A stretch of DNA of 64,000 nucleotides from Leptonemataceae bacterium (GCA_965227295.1 OZ245742.1:128001-192000); one strand, 5' to 3'; counted from the stretch's first letter, positions 47,867-57,645 are shown. Numbers and translations: made by a program. The notes: generated by a model from the sequence alone, not told the origin.

Positions 47867-49252
47867 ATGAACACCATCGCAGCAAAACCCTATCGATCCA
47901 TCAACCCCGCCACTGAAGAAGTGATCTCCGGGTACCCGCACATCGGCGCGGCCGAAGCCGCCGCGGCCGTAGAACGCGGTCACGCGGCCTTTGTGAAGTG
48001 GCGCGAAACAACTTTCGAACATCGTGCACAAATATTGCGCAAGGCGGCGGCCCTTCTAAAAGAAGACAAACGCAAGTTCGCCGAACTCATGGCCCGGGAG
48101 ATGGGCAAACCCCTGGCCGAGGGCGAAGGGGAAATCGAAAAATGCGCCTGGGCCTGCGAGCACTACGCCGAACACGCGGCACAGTATCTCTCCGAAGAAG
48201 ACGTGCAAACCGGGGCGGCGCATGCCTTCGTCAGTTATCAGCCCATCGGCCTCGTACTTGCGGTCATGCCCTGGAACTTTCCGTTCTGGCAGGTCTTTCG
48301 TTTCAGTGCGCCGGCGCTTATGGCGGGCAACGGCGCCATCCTCAAACACGCCGAAAACGTGCCCGGCTGCGCCCTGGCCGTAGAAGACGTGTTCATGCGG
48401 GCCGGTCTGCCGCAGCACTTATTTCAGAATCTCTTCGTCGACCATGCAGTCACGGCGAAGCTCATCGAACACAAACTTGTGCGCGCCGTAACCTTAACCG
48501 GCAGCGTTCGCGCCGGTCGCGCGGTGGCCGCGAAGGCGGGCGAACAGTTGAAGAAGAGCGTCCTGGAACTCGGCGGCAGCGACGCCTACGTCGTTCTGGG
48601 AGACGCGGACCTCGACCTGGCAGCACAGGTCTGCGCCGCCTCACGCATGATCAACGGCGGCCAGTCCTGCGTGGCGGCCAAGCGCTTCATCGTGGTCGAC
48701 GCCGTCTACGACGCATTTCTGAAAAAGTTTCTCGAAAGATTGCGCACTGTGAAGATGGGCGATCCGTTCACCGACGGTGTAACCCTGGGCCCCCAGGCCC
48801 GCGCGGATTTGCGCGACGATTTGCACGATCAGGTGCGACGCAGTGTGGACGCCGGAGCCGAAGTCGTACTCGGCGGCGAAATTCCGGACGGCCCCGGTTT
48901 TTATTATCCGCCGACGGTACTCACGAACGTCGCGCCCGGCAGCCCGGCGTACTCCGAGGAACTCTTCGGCCCGGTGGCGGCGGTGATTCGCGCGAAGGAC
49001 ACCGACGACGCCCTGCGCATCGCCAACGACAGCGACTACGGCCTCGGCGGCGCCATCTTCACGGCGGACGTCGAGCGCGGGGAACGCCTGGCCGCGGAAC
49101 GTTTCGACAGCGGCAACGTCGGCGTCAACGGCCAGGTACGCTCGGACCCGCGTCTGCCTTTCGGCGGCGTCAAGGACAGCGGCTACGGCCGGGAGCTCTC
49201 GCACTTCGGCATCCGCGAATTCGTCAACATCAAAACGGTGTTGCGCTCGTAA
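47867..49252 (+). CDS. NAD(P)-dependent succinate-semialdehyde dehydrogenase (Sad/GabD1-like)
   Basis: MPWNFPFWQ, LTGS, LELGGSD, NGGQSC, EELFGPV, PFGGVKDSGYGRE. Confidence 0.92.
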   Translation: MNTIAAKPYRSINPATEEVISGYPHIGAAEAAAAVERGHAAFVKWRETTFEHRAQILRKAAALLKEDKRKFAELMAREMGKPLAEGEGEIEKCAWACEHYAEHAAQYLSEEDVQTGAAHAFVSYQPIGLVLAVMPWNFPFWQVFRFSAPALMAGNGAILKHAENVPGCALAVEDVFMRAGLPQHLFQNLFVDHAVTAKLIEHKLVRAVTLTGSVRAGRAVAAKAGEQLKKSVLELGGSDAYVVLGDADLDLAAQVCAASRMINGGQSCVAAKRFIVVDAVYDAFLKKFLERLRTVKMGDPFTDGVTLGPQARADLRDDLHDQVRRSVDAGAEVVLGGEIPDGPGFYYPPTVLTNVAPGSPAYSEELFGPVAAVIRAKDTDDALRIANDSDYGLGGAIFTADVERGERLAAERFDSGNVGVNGQVRSDPRLPFGGVKDSGYGRELSHFGIREFVNIKTVLRS

Positions 49253-49285
49253 CATTTCGTAAAAAGCACTTAACGGGAGATCATT

Positions 49286-51070
49286 ATTCTCGAAATCGCA
49301 TTCGTTCTCGTACTGATCGTCGCCTTCTTGCTGGTGCTGGCCTTCGAAAAGCTCCGGCCGGACACGGCCGCGCTCTGCGTCATGGCGGCGCTCATGCTCG
49401 GCGGCGTCGTCGACCCCGGCGAAGCCGTGCAGGGATTCGCCAACAAGGCCACGCTCACCGTGGGCGCCATGTTCGTTTTGAGCGCCGGTCTCTTAAAGTC
49501 AGGTGCGCTGAACTTTGTGGCGGACAGCCTCGGCCACGTCTTTGATCGCAATTTCTGGGCCGGCCTCATTGCCATGATGTTTCTCATCGGCGCCGTGTCG
49601 GGTTTCATCAACAATACCGCTGCCGTGGCCATCTTCCTGCCGTTGATCCTGCGTGCCGCCCGCCGTGCGGAGGTCTCCGCTTCGAAGGTGCTTATGCCGC
49701 TATCGTTCGCCTCGATGTTCGGCGGGGTCTGCACGTTGATCGGCACGTCCACGAACATCCTGGTGAGTTCCATCGCCGCGGAGCGCGGCCTGGAACCCTT
49801 CGGCATGTTCGAGTTCGCGCCCCTGGGCGTGTTGATCTTCGCCGCCGGCCTGCCGTACATGCTGTTCGCGGCCGCGCGCCTGATTCCCGAACGCGAAGCA
49901 GGCCGGGAAAACTTAACCGGTGATTTTCAGATGGCGAACTATCTCACCGACGTCCGCGTTCTCCAGGATGCGGGCTGGGCCGGCAAGGCCATGCGGGAGT
50001 CACCCTTCTGCGACGGCACCGACGACGACATCGAGATCCTGGCCGTTTATCGCGAAGACGAAGTACTGAAGAATCTCAGCGGAGATACGATCCTCAAGGT
50101 CGGCGACGTGCTCCGCATTCGCAGCGACGTCGAGCGCATCCGCGACCTACAACGTTCCCGCGGCGTGCTGGTTCTCGCTTCCGGCGGATTCCAGGACAAG
50201 GACCTGAACACCGATGAGGCCGTCCTGCTGGAAGCCGTGATCGCGCCGAACTCGCCGATCTCCGGCAAGACACTAAAAAAAACACGGCTGCTCAAAAATT
50301 ATGGCGCTTCGATTCTCGCCATCGGCCGACGCGGTCGCATCTTACACGAGCGCCTGGACGAGGTGGAACTCGGCCCCGGGAACACCCTGCTCCTTCAGAT
50401 ACCGCCGGAGCAACGCGAAGATCTCACGAACGATCCGGCATTCGTGATGGCCTCCGAGGTACCGGAGCCCGAGGAACGTCCGGCAAAGATCTGGCCGTCG
50501 GTGTTGATCGTCGCGTCCGTGGTGACCCTGGCTGCGGCGGGTGTCTTTTCGATTCTAACAGCCAGCATCGCCGGCGCCGTGCTGATGATTCTTACCGGCT
50601 GCCTGCGCGCCGAGGAGGCCTACGAGGCCATCGACTGGCAGGTCATCTTTTTGCTCGCAGGTGTGCTCAGTCTCGGCGTCGCCCTGGAAACCACCGGCGG
50701 TGCGGAACTGCTCGCCGACGGCATTGCGAAGTACCTGGGACCGCTCGGTCCCGCGTTTATTGTATCGGCGATCTTTCTCGTAACGTTCCTGTTGACGAAC
50801 GTCATTTCCAACAACGCCTCGGCCGCGCTCTTTGCCCCCGTCGCGATTACCCTGGCCGAATCCCTGAACGTCGACCCGCGCCCGCTGCTCATGGCAGTGA
50901 CCTTCGCCGCGTCGCTGTCGTTCATGACGCCCATCGGCTACCAGACGAACACCTTCATTTACGGGCCGGGTCGTTATAAATTCGGCGACTTCTTTCGCGT
51001 GGGTACCCCGCTGAACTTTATTCTGTGGGTCATCGCATCGGTGATGATTCCGGTGATCTGGCCGTTTTAA
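49286..51070 (+). CDS. SLC13/DASS-family transporter with two TrkA-C domains
   Basis: GFINNTAAV, LIGTSTNI, SNNASAAL, TPIGYQTN; start possibly ATT at 49283/49286 (ORF track gives TTG at 49328). Confidence 0.9.
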   Translation: MLEIAFVLVLIVAFLLVLAFEKLRPDTAALCVMAALMLGGVVDPGEAVQGFANKATLTVGAMFVLSAGLLKSGALNFVADSLGHVFDRNFWAGLIAMMFLIGAVSGFINNTAAVAIFLPLILRAARRAEVSASKVLMPLSFASMFGGVCTLIGTSTNILVSSIAAERGLEPFGMFEFAPLGVLIFAAGLPYMLFAAARLIPEREAGRENLTGDFQMANYLTDVRVLQDAGWAGKAMRESPFCDGTDDDIEILAVYREDEVLKNLSGDTILKVGDVLRIRSDVERIRDLQRSRGVLVLASGGFQDKDLNTDEAVLLEAVIAPNSPISGKTLKKTRLLKNYGASILAIGRRGRILHERLDEVELGPGNTLLLQIPPEQREDLTNDPAFVMASEVPEPEERPAKIWPSVLIVASVVTLAAAGVFSILTASIAGAVLMILTGCLRAEEAYEAIDWQVIFLLAGVLSLGVALETTGGAELLADGIAKYLGPLGPAFIVSAIFLVTFLLTNVISNNASAALFAPVAITLAESLNVDPRPLLMAVTFAASLSFMTPIGYQTNTFIYGPGRYKFGDFFRVGTPLNFILWVIASVMIPVIWPF

Positions 51071-51187
51071 GGATCTTGTCGAGCCTTCGAAAAAAAGCAC
51101 CGCTGTCCCTTGCAACCTGCTGTGGACCAAAAAAAATCTCTAGACACGCCCCCCTTCAAATCGTCCCATATCCATCCGAGGTCTCTT

Positions 51188-51346
51188 ATGAATCCGAATC
51201 ATGCCGAAGAACTGACCAACCTTGCACCGAACGCGGACATTGCTCCGGACGCTCTGGCGCGCGTGGTCGACGAAGTGCGCGCTGAAGCGCAAATCAGCCC
51301 CGACCGCTACCTGAACGAAACGATCGTTCCGGAAGGCGGCGAGTAA
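51188..51346 (+). CDS. Pup/UBact-like small protein modifier (52 aa, C-terminal GGE)
   Basis: GAGG RBS; MNPNHAEELTNLAPNADIAPDALARVVDEVRAEAQISPDRYLNETIVPEGGE*; directly upstream of a PafA-family ligase. Confidence 0.8.
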   Translation: MNPNHAEELTNLAPNADIAPDALARVVDEVRAEAQISPDRYLNETIVPEGGE

Positions 51347-51357
51347 GTCGCTTCTCC

Positions 51358-53235
51358 GTGGTCGCATCCCGGCTGTTCGGCCAGGAGACGGAGTATGCCA
51401 TCCGTTTCTCGGCTCCGGCCGGGTCTGAGTCCGCGGAGCGCCCCGATCATTCCCTCATCTTCCACGCCTTTCGTGCGGCCGTAAAAAAGTTCGTCCGCAT
51501 CCGCCCCGGCGAGTGGTCGTTCTTCAAAGAATCCTTCTTCGTCGAGAACGGCGGCGCCTTTAACTACGAATCCCAGCCCTATGCCCCCGAGGCCGGCCTC
51601 ATCGAGGGGGCCACACCGGAATGCCGTTCGCCCCTGGAGTGCCTCGTCTACCAGCGCGCCCAGGAGCAACTGCTCCTCCGGGCCATCCCCGAGGCCGAGG
51701 CCTATTTACGACGCAAGGGTTTTCCGGGTTCCCTCGGCCTCCTGAAAAATTGCCGCGACGCCGAAGGCCACATCTACGGCGCCCAGGAAAACTACGGAAC
51801 GGACATTGCCTCGGGCCTGCGTCTCTGGCTGTATCGGATGGGGCTCGTGTTGTGCCTGCCGCTGCTGTTGTTCTGGTGGGTCCTGTATATGGGCTGCCTT
51901 ACGCTCGTCGTTACGCTGTCGCTGTTGGTACAGTTCTGTCTCTGGCTCGGCTATAGTTTGCTGCACGGCTTCTTAAGTTTTCCCGCCTGGATGTTACGCA
52001 GCGCATTCTTGCAAAAACGCGTAGACGATCTTACGGCCTTCAAGGATCGGCTGGCCGCGCGCTGGTCCATGTTCTCCGAGAGTACCGAGTTTCATCGGCT
52101 CATCGCCCGCCTGGAGTATACGATCTTCTTTCCGCCGACGCTGATTATCCTCTGGCCGTACACGCTGCTGCTGCGTCTGTGCGCCTTCGTACCCCAGCGC
52201 CGCCAGTTGACGGCGTTTTTCGCGTCCCGGGTAATCTTCACCGGCGCCGGCACGTTGCTGGAAGCCGGAGCAGATGCCGGTGGCGGCGTATTTGCCCTTT
52301 CGGAAAAGGGCACCGCCGTAAAACGCATGAATCGAATCACCATCGGTCCCGAGGACCGGCCGCTCTTCGACAACGGCAATCTGCACAAGGCCTTCATGCT
52401 GGCCGGACTGAGCACGCTGGTGTTGCGACCGGCTTCGTTCCTGGGACTCTTCACGCGCCGGTCACGTTTTCAAATCGGTATGGCCGACTCCAACCGCGCC
52501 CAGTTTGCCGAGTATTTGAAGTTCGGGACGAGCCTGTTGGTCCTGGACGCCTTCGAGGCCGGCTACTTAAAAGATGCGCCGCGCCTGCGCCGGCCGGTAC
52601 GCTCCCTGCGTGAGCTCGTCCACGATTGCAGCCTGAGCACGAGCGTGCCCGTACATCGCCTTACAACGACGGACGGCGAACGCAAACGCAACGCAAACGC
52701 CCTGGAGCTCCAGCGCTGGTACCTGGAACGCGTGCGGCAGTATCTACACGACCGCGACGCCGACGAGGGCGCGGCGTCCATTACACCGGAGCGAGTGGAG
52801 GAACGCGAGATTTTCCGGCTATGGTCGGAATGCCTGGATCTCTTAACTGACGATCCGGGAAAGTTAATCGGCCGACTGGATTGGGTTACGAAACGTTATC
52901 TCATCGAAGCCGCCGGACGCGACCTGGCCTTCTCCGCGCAGAAGAAGATCGACCTGGGCTACCACGAACTCGGCGGCGCCTATTTCGATCGCCTGGAAGC
53001 CGAGGGCATTGCACCGAAGCTCGCCCCGGACGATGCCGTGAGCACGGCCGTATTCCAGCCCTCGTCGCCGGAGCGGGTCCAGCTCCGCTCGCGTCTGATT
53101 CGGGACAGCAGTTACGGCGGGCGACGCATTACCGTATCCTGGAACCGTGTACGCATCGGCGACTGGTGGGACCGTAAGATCATCTCTCTTGATGTTTACC
53201 GCAATCAAAAGAACAAGGGCGACGGGCATCCATGA
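51358..53235 (+). CDS. PafA/Dop-family (PafA2) ligase with transmembrane insertion
   Basis: RLFGQETEY, ENGG, EGATPEC, KNCRDAEGHIYGAQENY, RVIFTGAG, DSNRAQFAEYLKFGT, LDWVTK, IDLGYHEL, collinear with PafA motifs. Confidence 0.9.
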   Translation: MVASRLFGQETEYAIRFSAPAGSESAERPDHSLIFHAFRAAVKKFVRIRPGEWSFFKESFFVENGGAFNYESQPYAPEAGLIEGATPECRSPLECLVYQRAQEQLLLRAIPEAEAYLRRKGFPGSLGLLKNCRDAEGHIYGAQENYGTDIASGLRLWLYRMGLVLCLPLLLFWWVLYMGCLTLVVTLSLLVQFCLWLGYSLLHGFLSFPAWMLRSAFLQKRVDDLTAFKDRLAARWSMFSESTEFHRLIARLEYTIFFPPTLIILWPYTLLLRLCAFVPQRRQLTAFFASRVIFTGAGTLLEAGADAGGGVFALSEKGTAVKRMNRITIGPEDRPLFDNGNLHKAFMLAGLSTLVLRPASFLGLFTRRSRFQIGMADSNRAQFAEYLKFGTSLLVLDAFEAGYLKDAPRLRRPVRSLRELVHDCSLSTSVPVHRLTTTDGERKRNANALELQRWYLERVRQYLHDRDADEGAASITPERVEEREIFRLWSECLDLLTDDPGKLIGRLDWVTKRYLIEAAGRDLAFSAQKKIDLGYHELGGAYFDRLEAEGIAPKLAPDDAVSTAVFQPSSPERVQLRSRLIRDSSYGGRRITVSWNRVRIGDWWDRKIISLDVYRNQKNKGDGHP

Positions 53236-53609
53236 GATTGAGCCGAACGGCGTTTGTAATCTTTCTGGGCCTGTGTTGCGGCGGCTGTTACTCCGCATCC
53301 TTCCGTCCGGCGGACGATTATCCGAACCTGCGACGGATAGACGTGCAACCAGGCGACGTCGTGCTCGTCTACGAGCGCCCGGAACGATCTTTCGTAATTC
53401 TCGGTGGTATGGAAGTTCGTGACGTCGACAGTTTGCGCGATCCGGATTTTCAGGAGTTCGTCCGGGCGGAAGCGGCCCGCCGCGGCAGTACGGGTGCCTG
53501 GGTTCTCAGCAACAGCGCGCGCACCGCGGCCCATGCGACGTTCGGTGAGTGGTTCAACCCGGGCGGCGGCATCGGCATCGTACGCGTGTTGTTGTTTCAC
53601 TTTGAGTAG
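53232..53609 (+). CDS. Small lipoprotein translationally coupled to the ligase
   Basis: ATGA overlap; signal MRLSRTAFVIFLGLCCGGC. Confidence 0.65.
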   Translation: MRLSRTAFVIFLGLCCGGCYSASFRPADDYPNLRRIDVQPGDVVLVYERPERSFVILGGMEVRDVDSLRDPDFQEFVRAEAARRGSTGAWVLSNSARTAAHATFGEWFNPGGGIGIVRVLLFHFE

Positions 53610-53628
53610 CGTGAGCGTAGTTTTTTAC

Positions 53629-53945
53629 ATGTTGCTGCGCAAAGAAGACCAGGACGGCATTGCGCGTTTTTGCGATCAGATCGCCGGCGCGGTTTGCACT
53701 GCTTTGTTACTCCGACAGATGGAGGAGGAACGTCGCACGGCGGACCGCCTGCTGCTGAACGTGCTGCCGGAGGCGGTGGCCGCGGAACTTAAAGAACACG
53801 GCCGGGTCGAACCGCAAACCTACGGAACCGCGTCGGTTCTGTTCACGGACTTCAAGGGTTTCACCGCGGCTACGACGTCCGGGGCTACGACGTCCGGGGC
53901 GACGCCGTTAACGTCGCCACGCGCATGGAATCCAACAGCGATCCG
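53629..53945 (+). pseudogene. Internally deleted class III adenylate/guanylate cyclase
   Basis: DRLLLNVLPEAVAAELK...SVLFTDFKGFT, then in another frame YDVRGDAVNVATRMES; the catalytic core between them is missing. Confidence 0.85.
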
Positions 53946-53961
53946 CAGCGAGGTGCAGGAA

Positions 53962-55482
53962 TCACGCCAGCTCTCCCTTCTTGACCTTGCCGTTCGGTGT
54001 TCGCGGCAAGGCATCGAGGAACGTCAGTACTCGCGGACACTTATAATCCGCTAAGTTGTTTCGCGCAAACTCTAAGACTTCCACCTCGAAGCGCGCTCGA
54101 TCCGTCGCATCCAACTGCCCGGTCGTTCGCCCGCTTCGCGCCGCATCACTCAACACCACGAACGCGCCGATCATCCGCAAATCCCGCACCTGAACCTCGC
54201 GCACGGCAACCTCGGCAATCAAATCGCAGCCCGCCAGCGCGCGCTCGACTTCCAGCGGCGACACGCGATAGCCGAAGGCGTTCATAACATCGTCGGCGCG
54301 GCCGTCATAATGAACGTAGCCGTCGGCGTCGATGCTCGCGCGATCGCCGCCGCAAAACCATTCGCCGTTTCGCAGCGGCAATTCCGGCGCCTGGTCCGGG
54401 CCGCGCCAGTAGCCGAGCATGAGCCCGGGATCGTCCCGGTGCACGGCGAGCAGGCCCGCCCCGGATTCGTCCGCCGCCTGAATCGTTACACGTCGGCCGG
54501 GCTGCGGCCGCCCCGGAAGCCCCGGCCGTACCGGCACCGCGGGGCCGCTGGAAATGTACGTGGAGATCTCGCTCATACCCAGGGCCTCGTAGAGTTCGCG
54601 CCCGGTAGCCTCTTTCCAGGCCGCATACAATTCCGGCGACAACGCCTCGCCGGCCGTAAGGCCGTGGCGCAGCTGCGAGTCACGCACTAACGTTAAGTCA
54701 CCGTACTTTAGTATGCGTCGATACAACGACGGCACCGCGGCGAAGAGGCTCGCCCCCTGTTCCTGGATCAATCGCGGCCAGACGCCCGGTTCGATCCAAC
54801 CGCGCACGAGCACGGCCGCAGCCCCCGCGGCCCAGGGATCCATCAACCCGACGCCGAGGCTGTAGGTCCAGTTGAGTTGCCCCGCATGGAGCAGGCGATC
54901 CTCCGGCCGCAGATCAATCCAACCGGGACCCGCGATCGGGCGGCGCCCGAGGATACTGCGATGCGCGTGCAGGACGCCCTTTGGTTCGCCGGTGGTCCCG
55001 CTGGTGTAAATCAAGAACGCCGGATCGTCCGCATGCGTTTCCGCGAACGATGCGCCCGGCCTCGATTCTTTAAGTTCTGAAAATGTTACATTAACATCCG
55101 AAGCACGCTTCGGCAACGGCAATCCGGGATCGCCGCACACGAGCGCCGGCCGGGCATGCTCGATCAAGAAGCGTACTTCCGGCGCGCTCAGTTGCGGCGA
55201 AACGGGAACCGGCACCAACCCCGCGGCGACGGCTCCGAAGAACGCGAAGGCGAATTCCGGCCCGTGTTCCAGGCGCACCAGCAATCGTTCCCCGCGCCCC
55301 AGCCTGCGCAGGCCCGCGGCGACCGCCAGTACCTCCGCGCGCACTTCGGCAAAACTCCACTCCCGCACCGACAACGTTCCGCTCGCCGCGACGTCGACAA
55401 ACACGAGCGCCGTATCGTCGTCCCGACGCAGGCCGTCTCGTTCCGCAAGGCAATGGGCCGCAAGATTCAACAGGCCGGACAT
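53962..55482 (-). CDS. AMP-binding acyl-CoA synthetase (benzoate-CoA ligase-like)
   Basis: IYTSGTTGEPKGVLH, LGMSE, GRADDVMNAFGYRVSPLEVE, LPRTPNGKV. Confidence 0.92.
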   Translation of the reverse strand: MSGLLNLAAHCLAERDGLRRDDDTALVFVDVAASGTLSVREWSFAEVRAEVLAVAAGLRRLGRGERLLVRLEHGPEFAFAFFGAVAAGLVPVPVSPQLSAPEVRFLIEHARPALVCGDPGLPLPKRASDVNVTFSELKESRPGASFAETHADDPAFLIYTSGTTGEPKGVLHAHRSILGRRPIAGPGWIDLRPEDRLLHAGQLNWTYSLGVGLMDPWAAGAAAVLVRGWIEPGVWPRLIQEQGASLFAAVPSLYRRILKYGDLTLVRDSQLRHGLTAGEALSPELYAAWKEATGRELYEALGMSEISTYISSGPAVPVRPGLPGRPQPGRRVTIQAADESGAGLLAVHRDDPGLMLGYWRGPDQAPELPLRNGEWFCGGDRASIDADGYVHYDGRADDVMNAFGYRVSPLEVERALAGCDLIAEVAVREVQVRDLRMIGAFVVLSDAARSGRTTGQLDATDRARFEVEVLEFARNNLADYKCPRVLTFLDALPRTPNGKVKKGELA

Positions 55483-55580
55483 ATTTTTAGAAACGCAGCC
55501 CGCATTCCGACGTCCAGAGAAAACATCCGACCGCGCGGGAATACGTTGCTGAATTCCCCGCCGGTTGCGATACTAGCGCC

Positions 55581-57596
55581 ATGACGGTCCCCCGCGATGC
55601 GCTGAACGATCATCGCCTGTTCTTTACGGCGCAACCGTTGTTCGAGAACATCGCGCCGCGCAGTGCGGCCTTCCGCAAGTTTCTCGATCAGGTGGAGCTC
55701 GTGCTCTACGCCCGCTCCGAGGAAATCTACGAACCAGGCACGCAATCGGATTATCTCTACCTGGTCCGGGACGGCGAGGTGCACATCGTTTATGGCCAGG
55801 GAAACGGACCGGCACGCACCATCGGCATTCATGGTCGGGGCAGCATCTTCGGCGAGGTCAGCTTTCTCACGCGCGAACCGCATTCATCCTTCGCCGTCGC
55901 CACCCTGGACTCCCACATCTATCGCATCCCCGGGGAAGCCTTCGTCGAACTCATGACCGCCGAGGCCGGCGTCGGACGGGTTATGACTTCCATGTTGTCG
56001 CGCCGATTGCGGCGTTCGCTGTACGAAGAGAGCCACGCGCATCCGGCTTCGATTCATGCGTTGTTTTACCCGGAAGATCCGGAGCGCGGCAGTGAGGTCT
56101 GCGCGGCGCTGGGCGAAGCGTTGGTCCTGGAAAACCCCGGGCCGGTGTTGATCCTTACGTTGAACCCGGCCTCAATGTTCGCCCATCATGAAAACGTAAA
56201 CGGTCTTTCACGCATCTTAGAAAAGTGGCCGGCCGTTCGCATCGAAGAGATGCTCGGTTACATGGATCATCCGGCCGGCTTCGATCTGCTCGTCGCCAAC
56301 GAGGTCTACGGCATGGAGCTGAACCTCGATCGTGTGGTGCAGCTCATGCCGGATTTCCTCGGACGCCTGCGCAAGTACTACGCCACCATCCTGGTGGACG
56401 CCGGCGGTCTCGTCGAGAACCCGGTGCTCTCCCGCGTGCTCTCACAGAGCGACTACGTAATGTTCGTGCGAAACCCCCACGGGGAAAACGATTCCCGCGC
56501 GGGCCGACGCTTTCGTGAAGTCATCGCCTACTGCACGGAGCTAATGGATGATTTTTTCGAACGCGCCATCATTATCTCCGACGAATGCGAGGAGCGCCAC
56601 GGCGGCGCACCGGCGGACTGGCGCGGCTGGAATCCGAACTCGGCCCTGTACAAACGGCACATGCGATTGTCGTGCGTGAGCGGGGGGCCGGCCCATCGCA
56701 TCGAAGAACGCGCATTTCAGATCGGCATCAATCGAATCGCGCGCAAGCTCTCGGGAACCTCGCGCGGCCTCGTCCTCGGCGGCGGCGGGGCGCGGGCCTT
56801 CGCTCACATCGGCGTTATGGAAGTTCTCGACCGCGAAGGCATCGACTTCGACGCGGTGACCGGAACTTCCATGGGTGCGGTCATCGGCTGCGGCTACGCG
56901 ATGGGCCGGGACGCCTCGGAGCTGGCGTACCTCGTGAAACAGATCATCCCGGACTCCGACGCGATCCTCGATAAACGTTTGCCGCTCGTAAGTTTCTTTC
57001 GCGGCAAGAAACTGAACAAGGCGATTCTTTCCGCCTTCGGCAACACGCGCTTCGAAGACCTGGAGATTCCGTTCTACTGCAACGCCGCCGATCTCAACAC
57101 GGCCCAGAGCGTCATCTTCGAACAGGGCTTCGTCTCCACGGCCATTCGCGCTTCGGTCAGTCTGCCCGGCATCTTTCCACCGATGAAACTCGGGCCCTAC
57201 GACCTGGTGGACGGCGGCGTCCTGAATAATCTGCCGGGGGACATCTTACGCGATAAGGGCTTCAACCGCATCATCGGTGTGAACGTTACCCCGCTCGAGG
57301 ACCACCGTTCCTCGGACACCCAGGTGGAAGATCGCCCCGGCGGTCTGTTTCAAAAGATCAAAGACTATTTCAGCCTGCCCCCGATACTGAAAATCATTTA
57401 CCGTTCCACCACGATCCAGGGCATCGAGTTACTCAAGCTGCGTCTGGACGACTTCGATTACCTGTTTCACCCGGACATTGCGCCGTGGGACATCTTCGAT
57501 TTTCACCGGCGCGACGAGATCATCGAAGCCGGTCGCCGCGCGGCTTTGGATAGCCTTCAGGAAATCAAGGACACGTTGTACCGACCGCGGATGTAG
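55581..57596 (+). CDS. cNMP-binding patatin-like phospholipase (NTE/RssA family)
   Basis: cNMP domain [10 protein letters not shown]; patatin [20 protein letters not shown]. Confidence 0.92.
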   Translation: MTVPRDALNDHRLFFTAQPLFENIAPRSAAFRKFLDQVELVLYARSEEIYEPGTQSDYLYLVRDGEVHIVYGQGNGPARTIGIHGRGSIFGEVSFLTREPHSSFAVATLDSHIYRIPGEAFVELMTAEAGVGRVMTSMLSRRLRRSLYEESHAHPASIHALFYPEDPERGSEVCAALGEALVLENPGPVLILTLNPASMFAHHENVNGLSRILEKWPAVRIEEMLGYMDHPAGFDLLVANEVYGMELNLDRVVQLMPDFLGRLRKYYATILVDAGGLVENPVLSRVLSQSDYVMFVRNPHGENDSRAGRRFREVIAYCTELMDDFFERAIIISDECEERHGGAPADWRGWNPNSALYKRHMRLSCVSGGPAHRIEERAFQIGINRIARKLSGTSRGLVLGGGGARAFAHIGVMEVLDREGIDFDAVTGTSMGAVIGCGYAMGRDASELAYLVKQIIPDSDAILDKRLPLVSFFRGKKLNKAILSAFGNTRFEDLEIPFYCNAADLNTAQSVIFEQGFVSTAIRASVSLPGIFPPMKLGPYDLVDGGVLNNLPGDILRDKGFNRIIGVNVTPLEDHRSSDTQVEDRPGGLFQKIKDYFSLPPILKIIYRSTTIQGIELLKLRLDDFDYLFHPDIAPWDIFDFHRRDEIIEAGRRAALDSLQEIKDTLYRPRM

Positions 57597-57616
57597 GCGC
57601 AACCGCGCTTCAAGAA

Positions 57617-57645
57617 TTGAGCTTCGCGGCCGTGGCCGTTAGAAT
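57617..57645 (+). promoter_or_regulatory. Sigma70-like promoter of the rfb operon
   Basis: TTGAGC-N17-TAGAAT about 60 bp upstream of rfbF. Confidence 0.5.

Noticed and set aside
55581-57596. Patatin as a CBASS effector
   Set aside because: No CD-NTase nearby; the architecture is the common cNMP-patatin (NTE-like) type
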